From NCBI GenBank assembly GCA_965644495.1, contig CBFFSA010000015.1, positions 248,001 to 312,000 of the forward strand: a DNA stretch of 64,000 bases. Reading direction: 5' to 3'. The notes under the pieces were generated by a model. The model did not search any database, had not been told where the DNA came from, and worked only from the letters and a program-made list of their open reading frames with translations. Source of the DNA: Perkinsela sp. CCAP 1560/9 (Eukaryota > Protista > Euglenozoa: Kinetoplastea). This document shows, piece after piece, positions 41,588 through 53,439 of the stretch (its first letter is position 1; each line of letters opens with the position of its first letter). The position numbers were made by a program, and so were the translations under genes.

Positions 41588-41979
41588 GCGTGTCTATCAG
41601 TACAAAGCCAGTAGTTCCCTTTCTGTTGCAACTTCCTCTATGTGACAGGATTTCCGCTTCGCGGGGCATTTTTTTTTGGACCGGAAGTATAAAAGGGGGG
41701 TGCTGATTTTTCGTCTGGATGAAAACGGAAGCATAAAGGTGGGGGGTGACCCCCCTGAAGCATAAAGGGGGGGTGACAGTATTTACTAGATTAGAAAGAT
41801 CGTCAAAAAACAGAGAAAAGGAATAAGAACGATAAACTATCCATTTCCTCCGAAATTACATATTTTTTATATTTAGAGCTAAGTGAATTTTGATTAAGAA
41901 GTCTTTTTTGTTTGGTACATGCAAATCTTAGCGATAATAGAAATCAAAAAACAAAGCTCAGCCTTTTTTCTAAGGCCAT

Positions 41980-44028
41980 TTACTGGCGCAGCGGCTTAGC
42001 AACCTTTTCACGTTTTTTTCCAATATCAACGTGATACATACTTTCTTTCATACGATGACTAAACCTCTCATCAATCGAACCAATTTCTCGAGCTGCGCGG
42101 TTCATGTCGATGGAAGAAATAGGAGTATCTTCATTAAGCTTCCCATTAAGATTTGTGGCGCTACCGAGACAGGATATTTCAGGTTGAAACTGTAGGCCTT
42201 GACGAGCTAAACGACGGGCTTGTCGTTCGATTCTATTTTCTCTTGCTTGCGCTTGTTTCTTTTGTTTGTGTAGCCTACGCTTGCGACTGCGTTTAGAAAT
42301 ATCATTTTCCGATCGTACGTCTTGCATCTGTTCATCTGAGTCAACTGTATTCTCCAGGTTATTTTTCTGAAAATTTCTATCTGGACTTTCCGCAGTATCT
42401 AAGTTGCTATTTCGAATTATGGTTTTCAAATCCTCAGTGGAGCATGGCGTTTCTACTCTTGTTTCCGTTTCTTCAACATTTTCGGTCTTAGAACGCTGTT
42501 TTTGACGTTGTGCCTTTCGCTTAACATCTCGTCGTTCTCCAACTGTTTTTACGTTTTGCAATGCAAGATGATACATTGATTCCTCGTGGATCTTTTCCAC
42601 CACAGCATCGTCATGAGCGGTAAACTCCGTGTAAAAGTCACCATTGTTGGTGGAGTGATTAGGAAACTTGCTGACCTCACTCGATACGCTCTCTAACTCA
42701 TCAATGTAAGGCTCACTAGAAATCTTCGTTGAGGACCCGTCCTCTTGCAAATCCTTTTCATTATCGTGGTCTTTATCTTCCGTTTGATAACCTTCTAGCA
42801 GGCATGCGTATTTTTCCTTTTGAGAGCTACAAGATCTTCCCATAGTAACTTGACTTTCTTCGCTTTCAGATGCTACATAGGCATCCAAGTCACCCATTTG
42901 CATGTCTTTCATTGCAAATGCATTCTTGAGTGCAGCAGTACGCTTTAGGTCAGTCATGTCCCAAAGCAAGGAAGCCGCACTTGGAGTATTAGACATACCA
43001 GATGTTTCCCCTGTACTCGGTAAGATCCTTTCATGAGTTTGTAGTGCGGAGAGGGCAGGGGAGAGGACATATTCAAGAGGCAGAGTGTGACAATGATCAG
43101 AGACATTTTCCTCGTCAAAGTTCATTTCTTGTGGAACGTATCTTAGAAACATTACAATTCCAGCGAATTCCACTTCTCTCTCATTACATTGCTCGTATAA
43201 TTCGCTAGCTGTTGCTGGTGTGTCACATTCGATTATGGCATAGTAAAATTTTTTTCGCAGCTCACCGTATGCAATAATTTTTTCCGGATCCATATCGTTG
43301 TTGATGTCCGCCGAAGTGTCCGCCGAATGAAATTCTTCTTCATTGGGAACTTCCGATTCTTTTTTGAGGCGTTTCATTTTCAAATGCGGCCTCTCGCTCT
43401 GGATTTTAGAATTTGACTGAATGCCCTTTTCTGCACGCCAAACATTAGGAACCTGTTCCCCTTCTCGATGCTGAATCCCCACTTCACTGACATAAATTTT
43501 TACGTCTCGTACTGCTCCACCATGTGGGGTAAAAGAATGAAATAATGCAAAAAGATCAAGGGCCGTTACGTAATCCCACTCGAATTCAACTAACGCAAGT
43601 CGTGAAGTAGCCTCTATAGTTGCATCCTCCGAGGGACACTCCGTCCCATGTTCAGTGCTTGAGACTTGAGGTACCATAGCGACTGAGTTATTATCTGACT
43701 GATTCCCTGAAAACTCCCCGATAGAGTCATCATTTCCATCAGAACAGATTTCCATATGTTCCTTATGCATAGTTAAATGATTCTTAAAGCGTATGTCGGA
43801 AGCTGTGTCAAGCGAAGCGTCAGTAACATTTTTATTCACGAAATGGTTTTTCTTCGGCAATTTGCATACGCGTTTTTTGCTTTCTCGGTCATTGTATTGC
43901 ACTCGAGAGTTTGAATCACGATATAGCGTACGAAATCGGGGGTCGTGTAGCTCTCTAAAGCGATTGTCATTTGTACCACGAATTTTCCGACTGCGCTGAG
44001 TCGTCGCTTTTTGCGTAATTTCACACAT
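41980..44028 (-). CDS. ESF1: Pre-rRNA processing protein ESF1
   Basis: DPRF; TSRLALV..EWD.V.A.DLF.LF.SF.P.GG.V..VKIY.SE.G; YYAIIECD...A..LY..C...E. Confidence 0.88.
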   Translation of the reverse strand: MCEITQKATTQRSRKIRGTNDNRFRELHDPRFRTLYRDSNSRVQYNDRESKKRVCKLPKKNHFVNKNVTDASLDTASDIRFKNHLTMHKEHMEICSDGNDDSIGEFSGNQSDNNSVAMVPQVSSTEHGTECPSEDATIEATSRLALVEFEWDYVTALDLFALFHSFTPHGGAVRDVKIYVSEVGIQHREGEQVPNVWRAEKGIQSNSKIQSERPHLKMKRLKKESEVPNEEEFHSADTSADINNDMDPEKIIAYGELRKKFYYAIIECDTPATASELYEQCNEREVEFAGIVMFLRYVPQEMNFDEENVSDHCHTLPLEYVLSPALSALQTHERILPSTGETSGMSNTPSAASLLWDMTDLKRTAALKNAFAMKDMQMGDLDAYVASESEESQVTMGRSCSSQKEKYACLLEGYQTEDKDHDNEKDLQEDGSSTKISSEPYIDELESVSSEVSKFPNHSTNNGDFYTEFTAHDDAVVEKIHEESMYHLALQNVKTVGERRDVKRKAQRQKQRSKTENVEETETRVETPCSTEDLKTIIRNSNLDTAESPDRNFQKNNLENTVDSDEQMQDVRSENDISKRSRKRRLHKQKKQAQARENRIERQARRLARQGLQFQPEISCLGSATNLNGKLNEDTPISSIDMNRAAREIGSIDERFSHRMKESMYHVDIGKKREKVAKPLRQ

Positions 44029-44282
44029 GTTCACACAAATTGCATATCTCAGTTCTTGAAAAACAAAGTTCAATAATGTTTTTTAAGTCACACGGAAATA
44101 CTCTAAACTAACTTCAAGCAAAGCGCCCTTCGCTTGAAAAAATCATACGACTTTTGTTATGACGAAAAGAATACAAACCTATAGACATAAAAGATACTTC
44201 TCGTTCGACTAAAATCTTTTACACGTAGGATCCTTAAGAAAAAGTCTTTTTACAGAAACAAATAACTCTCTTGAAAGACACC

Positions 44283-44867
44283 CTAGTGCGGATCCGGAGT
44301 GTACCCGTCCACGGCCATATTCCGTGTTGCGCTGGGTATCTCCACCACCGTCCCTTCCATATCCTTTGTGACTTTGACTTGGCACCCAAGCCGGGAAGTC
44401 GGACGCAAGTCGAACGCTAAATCCAGCAAATCCTCCTCCGCTTCACACGGCACGGGGGCCGTTGCGTAGGCCCGGGCGTCAAGGATACAGTGGCACGTGC
44501 TGCACGCCAGACTGCCCTCACACGCGGCCTCCAGACCAATATCGTGCTCCCGCGAGACCTCCAGCAGGGTCTGGCCCTCACGTGCGGTCACTGTCTTGTG
44601 CCCATCCGGCAGCTTGTTCCCTTTCCAGGTAAACGTGACGGGATCCCCTCCGCAGGTACGCTGCGAATGAGAACGTACCGAGAAAACGTATGGAGGAACA
44701 CGATGTTTTGCGGACCGCATGCCTTGTAAACAGGCATGCGCTGGGCGAGAGTGAATTCTGAATAAGGGATAGGTGCCATGGTGAGGTGCCACGGGGTGCG
44801 TTATTCCGTGCCATAAGGCTCTTTTCCAATGCGACATTGTATAACTCATCATTTTCATTCTGGACAT
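44283..44867 (-). CDS. Mitochondrial adrenodoxin-type [2Fe-2S] ferredoxin
   Basis: LEAACEGSLACSTCHCIL...EEDLLDLAF...TSRLGCQV...P.ATRN..VDG. Confidence 0.95.
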   Translation of the reverse strand: MSRMKMMSYTMSHWKRALWHGITHPVAPHHGTYPLFRIHSRPAHACLQGMRSAKHRVPPYVFSVRSHSQRTCGGDPVTFTWKGNKLPDGHKTVTAREGQTLLEVSREHDIGLEAACEGSLACSTCHCILDARAYATAPVPCEAEEDLLDLAFDLRPTSRLGCQVKVTKDMEGTVVEIPSATRNMAVDGYTPDPH

Positions 44868-45065
44868 ATTAGGTATCTTTCTACGGATACCACAGTTTTA
44901 AAGATCTCATAGATAAAAAGATTTTTTTCCGTTCGAAGTATGAATAAAAAAGTGATTAGTCAACTAAAATAATGAGCTTGCAAAGAAAAAACTGTCGACA
45001 ACTTACAGTCAGGGGTGTATAAGTGAGTAGAAAAATAAAAAAATGGTATGAGGAATTTATGTAGA

Positions 45066-48000
45066 CTATGCCTTGGGACGTCTTTCCAACCCCCTTTTCA
45101 ATACATTTGTAGTATGCGTGACCTGCACTTTCGATGAACTATCTGTATTGCCTGTTTGCCGGGAGAAATCAGCTACCTCGCCGTCGACTGCCTTGAAGCA
45201 CGTATCGTCTTCTAGACTAGTTTCAGAGTCTTTCAACTTTGCCCGATGAGGAAATTCATCCAGTTGACATAGTACACGTAAATATTCCACGATGCTTTTA
45301 ATCCCGCGCTGCAACAAAGCCCTTAGTTGTGCGATAGGGATCGACATTGTATTAAATGGAGGCTGTTTGGTAAGTTCTTCGAGTGAATATCCATGTAAGC
45401 CTACGCCCAATAATATAGCGGACACGGAGGGACTAAGTACAACTCCAGCTTCAATCCCCTTCTCTGGGTGGTGAAACAATTTTTTGGAAAAGTACAGGCT
45501 GGCTAAGGTGGGAAGCAAGTCACGGATTATGGCAAGATCAACTCGAAGCTGCGTAAAAGAACTCATGCGAGCCATGTCAGTTGAGGACAGACGCTGTGAT
45601 ACTTCTGTCCGTGTTGCCTGCGGTACACCATCCACAGTGACCCTCGACGTCTCCTCATCATATTCCGTCAGGCGCTGCATTGCGCTTTCTAGATGGGTGG
45701 GTGTATCCACTGCTAAAGCCAGAGAGACGTCCAGGGGTAGTCCCCGAAAAACGGAAGAGACGAGCGCAAGATAGCGCTGATGAAACTCCTGTCGAAGATC
45801 ATTAAAAAGAATCCACAGATTCCTGTTTCCCACTGTCTGGACGAGAGGCTGCATCATAAGCAGTGAGTGTTCCGCCGTCATCTCGTTGGTTTGTTGGCGC
45901 AAGTAGTAAGGGGCAAAGCCGCATTTTGTCCAGAACTCAAACAAGGGGGCTGTTACACCATACACTGTCCCTATGTATGCTTGACCGCTCATTTTATGAC
46001 ATTTTGAGTCAAGTTCAACAAAAAGTGCAGCGTTTGAGGCATCAGAAGTTTCAGTCACATCAGAACTGTAATGTGCATCCCCCAAGAAAGAAGTGGATGA
46101 CTTTGAAAACTCGGAGCTGCTGCCACGTAAGTATTCAATCAATAGTGACATGGCTTTGGATCCATACCCGGAGCGTTGAAAGGCACTGTGTGTGGCAATA
46201 CGTACCACTCGTAGGCCACGTAATGCGGCTAACTCTGGTTGAAGAAAATAACTTGCAAGTGTGTAGGGTATCATATCCCCACTAGGCTTAGTGGCCTCGT
46301 CGAGGTGGCGCTGGAGCTTGTCTTGCCCCACCCCGCCTTCCTCACACAGCTGAATGACGCAATAGATGTCGCAGTGCGTGGGTTCGCCGTGCGGGACGGG
46401 ACCCGTGAGTACGAGCAAGTGGTGGGCAGGGGCGTCGCAGAGCAGTTGCAAGTCGTTGGGCTGGTTTCGGTAGTGAGCGCCAACAAGCAGTGACATCACA
46501 CGTTGGAGAAAAATTTCCGCTGTGGGCTCTGAAGAGAAGAGCACGTCCCGGTTTACGTAGTGCAGAGTGCACGAACGCGGATCCGGACTACTTTTCGGGG
46601 TGTACGTCTCCGTCGTGCACTCGAGGCAGAGTAAATTGTACAACCAACGTTCAATGGGATCGTTTAATGCATATCGTATGGGCTCTTTGAGTTCTATTTC
46701 TTGTAGGGTCCTAGACCGATGGGCCCAGGGGTCTCCGATCGCCTCCTTCTTGCGTGGCTCCTGGGTGCTCGTCTGCTTCAACTCCTTTATGAGCTTTAGT
46801 GACAGACTTCGCCCCGTTCCTTCGTATCCGCTAATAGTAGAGGACATCATAACAAGGTAGGGACCAAGTAGCTTCCTTACCATAGGCAAGGGAATTGCCG
46901 CGGCTTCTTCGACTATCACAAGTTCAGCCTGTGATGTCAGAAGCGAGTCTTGGGGAAAAATGTATTGAAGCAGTTGACGGTGATGATTTTTCCCCCGACG
47001 CAACACAACGCGAACAATACAATGTGAAAGCTCAGGAGCCGAACAGTAAAATTTCTCATAGTCGGAATGCTCAACGTAGCCCAGAGCGGTGAGACCTTTC
47101 AGCAAGAACTCGAAAAGGGTCGCAACGTTTTCTGGACTTGGAGAAGTGACAAGCATGTTTGAGTAGCCCAGATGGAAGGCACCGGCGACTGCCATACCAA
47201 GCGCCGCAGACTTTCCGCGCCCTCGCCCCGCGGTCATGGAAAGCGTGACATCGAGTGACTTCTCGGAAAGTACCTTCACTAACGTAAGAAGCGCTTTGGC
47301 CTGGTCCAAAGTCACGGAAAGCTGTGCCAATGGACCGACAAGTGCTTGTGTCTTTAAGGCCTCTTTCATTTCACGAAGCGATTTCTCCGCCGGAGTGAGT
47401 AATCCTCCACCCACTCCCTCAACAGTGGCAACATATCTCATTGATGGATCCAACGATACTGCATCAGTAATTGGAAGAACCTCAAGTCGGTCGTTGACAC
47501 AAATAAAATTCTTACAGTCCGCAAAACTGCGGACAAGTCTCCGGTTAAATCGTGGAATAACTACTGGATGAGACTCGGTGCGGTACTTTGAGTGTACTTC
47601 CATGACCAAAGTGTGGAGTTGGCGCAGTGAAGTCATCGTTCGTAGCATTAACAAAATAAGCCCTCCACCAGCCACGGTCTCGATGGTACGTGCAAGTACA
47701 TTCGGGGTTAAGGCCTCAAAATCCTGCAAGACAAGCATGGGAAAGGTGCACCCTAATATTTTTTGGGACTCCTTGTAGTAACAGTACCGAATAGAAGTTT
47801 GCGCTAGAAACGTCTCAAACGATTCGTGAGTTTCTGTCGTTACCTTTCCCGACGAAATCTCACGCCGACTTTGAGTCAGACGCTTTTTCCGCGACATTCC
47901 ACCAAACGAGAGTTCGTTCTTCATACACCATAGTACAGAAGGATTAGTCTCATTACGAGCCTTGCTCAGCATGTAGTGAAAATTCATTACCTGAGTTTTC

Positions 48001-48167
48001 GACTCGTCTCCTACTAGTGCTACAAGGCAGCGATGTTTATTGTGTACCGCTCGTTCAAGAACGCCTGGGATACGGTCATCGACTTTTACTAATTTCTTTG
48101 TCGGCTCTGACACAGTCTTTACATCTGTCTCGGTATCAGATACCCTACGTTTCCCGCTCCAACGCAT
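45066..48167 (-). CDS. NAT10: RNA cytidine acetyltransferase NAT10/Kre33
   Basis: LQDFEALTPNVLARTIETV.GGG, TAGRGRGKSAALG, GYEGTGRSLSLKL, HYRNQPNDLQLLCDAPAH, RVVRIATH...GYGS. Start placed at MRWSGK (frame open to 48260). Confidence 0.97.
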   Translation of the reverse strand: MRWSGKRRVSDTETDVKTVSEPTKKLVKVDDRIPGVLERAVHNKHRCLVALVGDESKTQVMNFHYMLSKARNETNPSVLWCMKNELSFGGMSRKKRLTQSRREISSGKVTTETHESFETFLAQTSIRYCYYKESQKILGCTFPMLVLQDFEALTPNVLARTIETVAGGGLILLMLRTMTSLRQLHTLVMEVHSKYRTESHPVVIPRFNRRLVRSFADCKNFICVNDRLEVLPITDAVSLDPSMRYVATVEGVGGGLLTPAEKSLREMKEALKTQALVGPLAQLSVTLDQAKALLTLVKVLSEKSLDVTLSMTAGRGRGKSAALGMAVAGAFHLGYSNMLVTSPSPENVATLFEFLLKGLTALGYVEHSDYEKFYCSAPELSHCIVRVVLRRGKNHHRQLLQYIFPQDSLLTSQAELVIVEEAAAIPLPMVRKLLGPYLVMMSSTISGYEGTGRSLSLKLIKELKQTSTQEPRKKEAIGDPWAHRSRTLQEIELKEPIRYALNDPIERWLYNLLCLECTTETYTPKSSPDPRSCTLHYVNRDVLFSSEPTAEIFLQRVMSLLVGAHYRNQPNDLQLLCDAPAHHLLVLTGPVPHGEPTHCDIYCVIQLCEEGGVGQDKLQRHLDEATKPSGDMIPYTLASYFLQPELAALRGLRVVRIATHSAFQRSGYGSKAMSLLIEYLRGSSSEFSKSSTSFLGDAHYSSDVTETSDASNAALFVELDSKCHKMSGQAYIGTVYGVTAPLFEFWTKCGFAPYYLRQQTNEMTAEHSLLMMQPLVQTVGNRNLWILFNDLRQEFHQRYLALVSSVFRGLPLDVSLALAVDTPTHLESAMQRLTEYDEETSRVTVDGVPQATRTEVSQRLSSTDMARMSSFTQLRVDLAIIRDLLPTLASLYFSKKLFHHPEKGIEAGVVLSPSVSAILLGVGLHGYSLEELTKQPPFNTMSIPIAQLRALLQRGIKSIVEYLRVLCQLDEFPHRAKLKDSETSLEDDTCFKAVDGEVADFSRQTGNTDSSSKVQVTHTTNVLKRGLERRPKA

Positions 48168-48708
48168 TTTAGAGAGAAGAAAAAAAAAGAAAAAATCCAA
48201 TACGATGGCGTGCAAGTATATGATAGTGCAACTAAAACATAGTGCAAGTAAATGATACAAGCGCTAACGCATCCAAATGGGCTTCACATAACCAACCGTA
48301 TTCAAATGTATTAGACATTGTCTTAACATAATCATGCGTGTTAGATTATCGTTTTGTATTCATCTCATAAAAAAGAATACAAAAAGAAGCGAATAAGGAA
48401 TACGTCTGCTTCTGACAAGATCATTACATAATTAGACTTGCAATCGATCGTGAACAATTTCTTTAATGAACGTTTTTCATGATCCTTTTAATGAATTTTT
48501 CATTCATCAATAGTCGCGTAACCCAATGAATAAACTCGCATTCACCAAAATACACCACACCATTCTTACATTAAATTTTTATTCATCCAATCAAATAAAC
48601 ACAAACATAAACTTCAATAAATAATAACCACTCAACAAAATCTTACAGAAACACATTTAGGAAAAATAAAGAAAACAAGCAATCCGTTGGAGCAGTCCTG
48701 CCCTTGAA

Positions 48709-50715
48709 TTAGTCTACCTCTTCAACCTTGGGTCCCGAGCTCGCCGGTGGGGCCGGGGCGGCTCCCCCGGCACCTGGGAATCCCTCCGGCATTCCTCCAG
48801 GAAATCCCCCGGGCATCCCACCGGGAAACCCTCCCGGGGCTGCACCCTCCGCCCCTGGGGCGCCTCCACCCTGCTGGTACATCTTGGTCATGATGGGTGT
48901 GCATTTCTGCTCCAGCTCCTTCTGCCGCCCTTCGTACTCCTCCTTGCTCGCCTCCTGACTGGACTCAAGCCACTTGATGGTTTCCTCCACGGCATCGAGA
49001 AGGGTCTGCTTGTCGCCCGCGTCCAGCTTTCCCCCCACATTGGGGTCATTCGCGGTGTTCTTCATGCTGTACGCGTAGTTCTCGAGTCCGTTCTTCGCCT
49101 CGATACGCTCACGTTGCTTCCGGTCCTCCTCCTCGAACTTTGCGGACTCGTTCACCATGCGCTCGATCTCCTCCTTGCTGAGACGCCCCTTGTCGTTGGT
49201 GATGGTGATCTGGTTCTTCTTCCCCGTGCCCTTCTCCTCGGCGCTGACGTTCAGGATACCATTGGCATCGATGTCAAACGTGACTTCGATTTGTGGCACC
49301 CCGCGCGGCGCGGGTGGAATTCCCGAGAGATCGAATGTGCCGAGAAGGTGGCAGTCGCGTGTCATCGCGCGCTCACCCTCGAACACCTGGATATGCACCC
49401 CCGGTTGGTTGTCGCTGTACGTGGAGAAGGTCTGGCTCTTCTTGGTCGGGATCGTCGTGTTGCGCTTGATCAGGGACGTCATGACACCCCCGGCGGTTTC
49501 GATACCCAACGTCAGCGGGGCGACATCCAGGAGAAGAAGTCCCTCCGTCTGCTTACTCTTCCCGCCGGTGAGGATGTAGGCTTGCACCGCGGCACCGTAC
49601 GCCACAGCCTCGTCCGGGTTAATACTCTTGTTGAGTTCCTTTCCGCCAAAGAAGTCGGAGACGAGCTGCTGCACCTTGGGAATACGAGTCGAACCACCGA
49701 CCAGAACCACGTCGTGCACCGTGCGCTTGTCGATCTTCGCATCCGTCAGGACTTGTTCCACCGGCTTGAGTGTGGAGCGGAAGAGGTCCGCGCAAAGCTC
49801 CTCGAATCGCGCACGGGTGATGCTCGTGTAGAAGTCAATCCCCTCAAAAAGAGAGTCAATCTCCACGGAACTCTGAGCCGCGGAAGACAGAGTACGCTTG
49901 GCTCGCTCGCACGCGGTGCGAAGACGGCGTAGTGCTCGCTGGTTCTGCGACAGATCCTTCTTGTGCTTTCGCTTAAATTCCTCGACAAAGTGGTTCACGA
50001 GACGGTTGTCAAAGTCCTCACCACCGAGATGGGTGTCTCCCGCCGTGGCCTTGACCTCGAAGATTCCACCATCGATGGTGAGCAGAGTGACGTCAAAGGT
50101 GCCGCCTCCGAGATCAAAGATGAGTACGTTCCGTTCTTGTTGGTCCGAGATCTTATCCAGGCCGTACGCAATCGCCGCCGCCGTGGGCTCGTTGATGATT
50201 CGAAGCACTTCCAGTCCGGCAATCGAGCCCGCGTCCTTCGTGGCCTGTCGTTGGGAGTCGTTGAAGTACGCCGGGACGGTGACCACCGCCTTCTTGACCT
50301 CCTTACCGAGATATGCCTCCGCAATCTCCTTCATCTTAATCAACACCATGGAGCTAATCTCCTCCGGCGTGAAGGTCTTTGCCTCGCTCTTGTACTGGAC
50401 CTCCATCACGGGCTTCTCGTCCCCCTGGGAACGTACCTTAAAGGGCCAGTGCTTCATGTCGCTCTGAACAACGGAGTCGGAGATCTTACGCCCGATTAAC
50501 CGCTTCGCATCAAACACACTGTTGGTCGGATTCATCGCTACCTGGTTCTTCGCGGCATCCCCAATCAGACGTTCAGTGTCCGTGAAGGCCACGTAGGACG
50601 GAGTCGTGTAGTTCCCCTGGTCATTCGCAATGATTACCACACGCTCGTTCTGCCACACCCCAACACAGGAGTAGGTGGTCCCGAGATCGATACCAATAGC
50701 TCCTTCGTACGTCAT
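48709..50715 (-). CDS. HSP70: Cytosolic HSP70, 3'-terminal copy with unique downstream sequence
   Basis: [31 protein letters not shown]-like repeats, EEVD. Confidence 0.99.
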   Translation of the reverse strand: MTYEGAIGIDLGTTYSCVGVWQNERVVIIANDQGNYTTPSYVAFTDTERLIGDAAKNQVAMNPTNSVFDAKRLIGRKISDSVVQSDMKHWPFKVRSQGDEKPVMEVQYKSEAKTFTPEEISSMVLIKMKEIAEAYLGKEVKKAVVTVPAYFNDSQRQATKDAGSIAGLEVLRIINEPTAAAIAYGLDKISDQQERNVLIFDLGGGTFDVTLLTIDGGIFEVKATAGDTHLGGEDFDNRLVNHFVEEFKRKHKKDLSQNQRALRRLRTACERAKRTLSSAAQSSVEIDSLFEGIDFYTSITRARFEELCADLFRSTLKPVEQVLTDAKIDKRTVHDVVLVGGSTRIPKVQQLVSDFFGGKELNKSINPDEAVAYGAAVQAYILTGGKSKQTEGLLLLDVAPLTLGIETAGGVMTSLIKRNTTIPTKKSQTFSTYSDNQPGVHIQVFEGERAMTRDCHLLGTFDLSGIPPAPRGVPQIEVTFDIDANGILNVSAEEKGTGKKNQITITNDKGRLSKEEIERMVNESAKFEEEDRKQRERIEAKNGLENYAYSMKNTANDPNVGGKLDAGDKQTLLDAVEETIKWLESSQEASKEEYEGRQKELEQKCTPIMTKMYQQGGGAPGAEGAAPGGFPGGMPGGFPGGMPEGFPGAGGAAPAPPASSGPKVEEVD

Positions 50716-51073
50716 CAAGTTAATAATAAAATGGAGAGATATGCAAAAGCAATGAAGCTATAGAATTAACTACATTTGAATTCAAGTTCCAACTAACAGA
50801 CGTAATAATGCCGTGATATTGGGCGCGTAGAGGTCTTTTTTAAAGAACATATTGAAGCCAAAGCGGTAAAAAACACGACGCACTCATTTGCTCCAAAGTT
50901 GTTAGAACCAAAGTACGCTAAACAAGGTCAAACTAAATTATTTTACCCCAATTTTCCGAATTACGCACAAATAATTGCGTGGTTTACATTGTTAAATAAT
51001 TTATTTGTCAAATATGTGATCCGAAAAGAAAAAAGGAAAACAAGCAATCCGTTGGAGCAGTCCTGCCCTTGAA

Positions 51074-53080
51074 TTAGTCTACCTCTTCAACCTTGGGTCC
51101 CGAGCTCGCCGGTGGGGCTGGGGCGGCTCCCCCGGCACCTGGGAATCCCTCCGGCATTCCTCCAGGAAATCCCCCGGGCATCCCACCGGGAAACCCTCCC
51201 GGGGCTGCACCCTCCGCCCCTGGGGCGCCTCCACCCTGCTGGTACATCTTGGTCATGATGGGTGTGCATTTCTGCTCCAGCTCCTTCTGCCGCCCTTCGT
51301 ACTCCTCCTTGCTCGCCTCCTGACTGGACTCAAGCCACTTGATGGTTTCCTCCACGGCATCGAGAAGGGTCTGCTTGTCGCCCTCGTCCAGCTTTCCCCC
51401 CACATTGGGGTCATTCGCGGTGTTCTTCATGCTGTACGCGTAGTTCTCGAGTCCGTTCTTCGCCTCGATACGCTCACGTTGCTTCCGGTCCTCCTCCTCG
51501 AACTTTGCGGACTCGTTCACCATGCGCTCGATCTCCTCCTTGCTGAGACGCCCCTTGTCGTTGGTGATGGTGATCTGGTTCTTCTTCCCCGTGCCCTTCT
51601 CCTCGGCGCTGACGTTCAGGATACCATTGGCATCGATGTCAAACGTGACTTCGATTTGTGGCACCCCGCGCGGCGCGGGTGGAATTCCCGAGAGATCGAA
51701 TGTGCCGAGAAGGTGGCAGTCGCGTGTCATCGCGCGCTCACCCTCGAACACCTGGATATGCACCCCCGGTTGGTTGTCGCTGTACGTGGAGAAGGTCTGG
51801 CTCTTCTTGGTCGGGATCGTCGTGTTGCGCTTGATCAGGGACGTCATGACACCCCCGGCGGTTTCGATACCCAACGTCAGCGGGGCGACATCCAGGAGAA
51901 GAAGTCCCTCCGTCTGCTTACTCTTCCCGCCGGTGAGGATGTAGGCTTGCACCGCGGCACCGTACGCCACAGCCTCGTCCGGGTTAATACTCTTGTTGAG
52001 TTCCTTTCCGCCAAAGAAGTCGGAGACGAGCTGCTGCACCTTGGGAATACGAGTCGAACCACCGACCAGAACCACGTCGTGCACCGTGCGCTTGTCGATC
52101 TTCGCATCCGTCAGGACTTGTTCCACCGGCTTGAGTGTGGAGCGGAAGAGGTCCGCGCAAAGCTCCTCGAATCGCGCACGGGTGATGCTCGTGTAGAAGT
52201 CAATCCCCTCAAAAAGAGAGTCAATCTCCACGGAACTCTGAGCCGCGGAAGACAGAGTACGCTTGGCTCGCTCGCACGCGGTGCGAAGACGGCGTAGTGC
52301 TCGCTGGTTCTGCGACAGATCCTTCTTGTGCTTTCGCTTAAATTCCTCGACAAAGTGGTTCACGAGACGGTTGTCAAAGTCCTCACCACCGAGATGGGTG
52401 TCTCCCGCCGTGGCCTTGACCTCGAAGATTCCACCATCGATGGTGAGCAGAGTGACGTCAAAGGTGCCGCCTCCGAGATCAAAGATGAGTACGTTCCGTT
52501 CTTGTTGGTCCGAGATCTTATCCAGGCCGTACGCAATCGCCGCCGCCGTGGGCTCGTTGATGATTCGAAGCACTTCCAGTCCGGCAATCGAGCCCGCGTC
52601 CTTCGTGGCCTGTCGTTGGGAGTCGTTGAAGTACGCCGGGACGGTGACCACCGCCTTCTTGACCTCCTTACCGAGATATGCCTCCGCAATCTCCTTCATC
52701 TTAATCAACACCATGGAGCTAATCTCCTCCGGCGTGAAGGTCTTTGCCTCGCTCTTGTACTGGACCTCCATCACGGGCTTCTCGTCCCCCTGGGAACGTA
52801 CCTTAAAGGGCCAGTGCTTCATGTCGCTCTGAACAACGGAGTCGGAGATCTTACGCCCGATTAACCGCTTCGCATCAAACACACTGTTGGTCGGATTCAT
52901 CGCTACCTGGTTCTTCGCGGCATCCCCAATCAGACGTTCAGTGTCCGTGAAGGCCACGTAGGACGGAGTCGTGTAGTTCCCCTGGTCATTCGCAATGATT
53001 ACCACACGCTCGTTCTGCCACACCCCAACACAGGAGTAGGTGGTCCCGAGATCGATACCAATAGCTCCTTCGTACGTCAT
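51074..53080 (-). CDS. HSP70: Cytosolic HSP70 copy 2 (LDEGD variant)
   Basis: Near-identical tandem copy. Confidence 0.99.
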   Translation of the reverse strand: MTYEGAIGIDLGTTYSCVGVWQNERVVIIANDQGNYTTPSYVAFTDTERLIGDAAKNQVAMNPTNSVFDAKRLIGRKISDSVVQSDMKHWPFKVRSQGDEKPVMEVQYKSEAKTFTPEEISSMVLIKMKEIAEAYLGKEVKKAVVTVPAYFNDSQRQATKDAGSIAGLEVLRIINEPTAAAIAYGLDKISDQQERNVLIFDLGGGTFDVTLLTIDGGIFEVKATAGDTHLGGEDFDNRLVNHFVEEFKRKHKKDLSQNQRALRRLRTACERAKRTLSSAAQSSVEIDSLFEGIDFYTSITRARFEELCADLFRSTLKPVEQVLTDAKIDKRTVHDVVLVGGSTRIPKVQQLVSDFFGGKELNKSINPDEAVAYGAAVQAYILTGGKSKQTEGLLLLDVAPLTLGIETAGGVMTSLIKRNTTIPTKKSQTFSTYSDNQPGVHIQVFEGERAMTRDCHLLGTFDLSGIPPAPRGVPQIEVTFDIDANGILNVSAEEKGTGKKNQITITNDKGRLSKEEIERMVNESAKFEEEDRKQRERIEAKNGLENYAYSMKNTANDPNVGGKLDEGDKQTLLDAVEETIKWLESSQEASKEEYEGRQKELEQKCTPIMTKMYQQGGGAPGAEGAAPGGFPGGMPGGFPGGMPEGFPGAGGAAPAPPASSGPKVEEVD

Positions 53081-53439
53081 CAAGTTAATAATAAAATGGA
53101 GAGATATGCAAAAGCAATGAAGCTATAGAATTAACTACATTTGAATTCAAGTTCCAACTAACAGACGTAATAATGCCGTGATATTGGGCGCGTAGAGGTC
53201 TTTTTTAAAGAACATATTGAAGCCAAAGCGGTAAAAAACACGACGCACTCATTTGCTCCAAAGTTGTTAGAACCAAAGTACGCTAAACAAGGTCAAACTA
53301 AATTATTTTACCCCAATTTTCCGAATTACGCACAAATAATTGCGTGGTTTACATTGTTAAATAATTTATTTGTCAAATATGTGATCCGAAAAGAAAAAAG
53401 GAAAACAAGCAATCCGTTGGAGCAGTCCTAACCCTTGAA

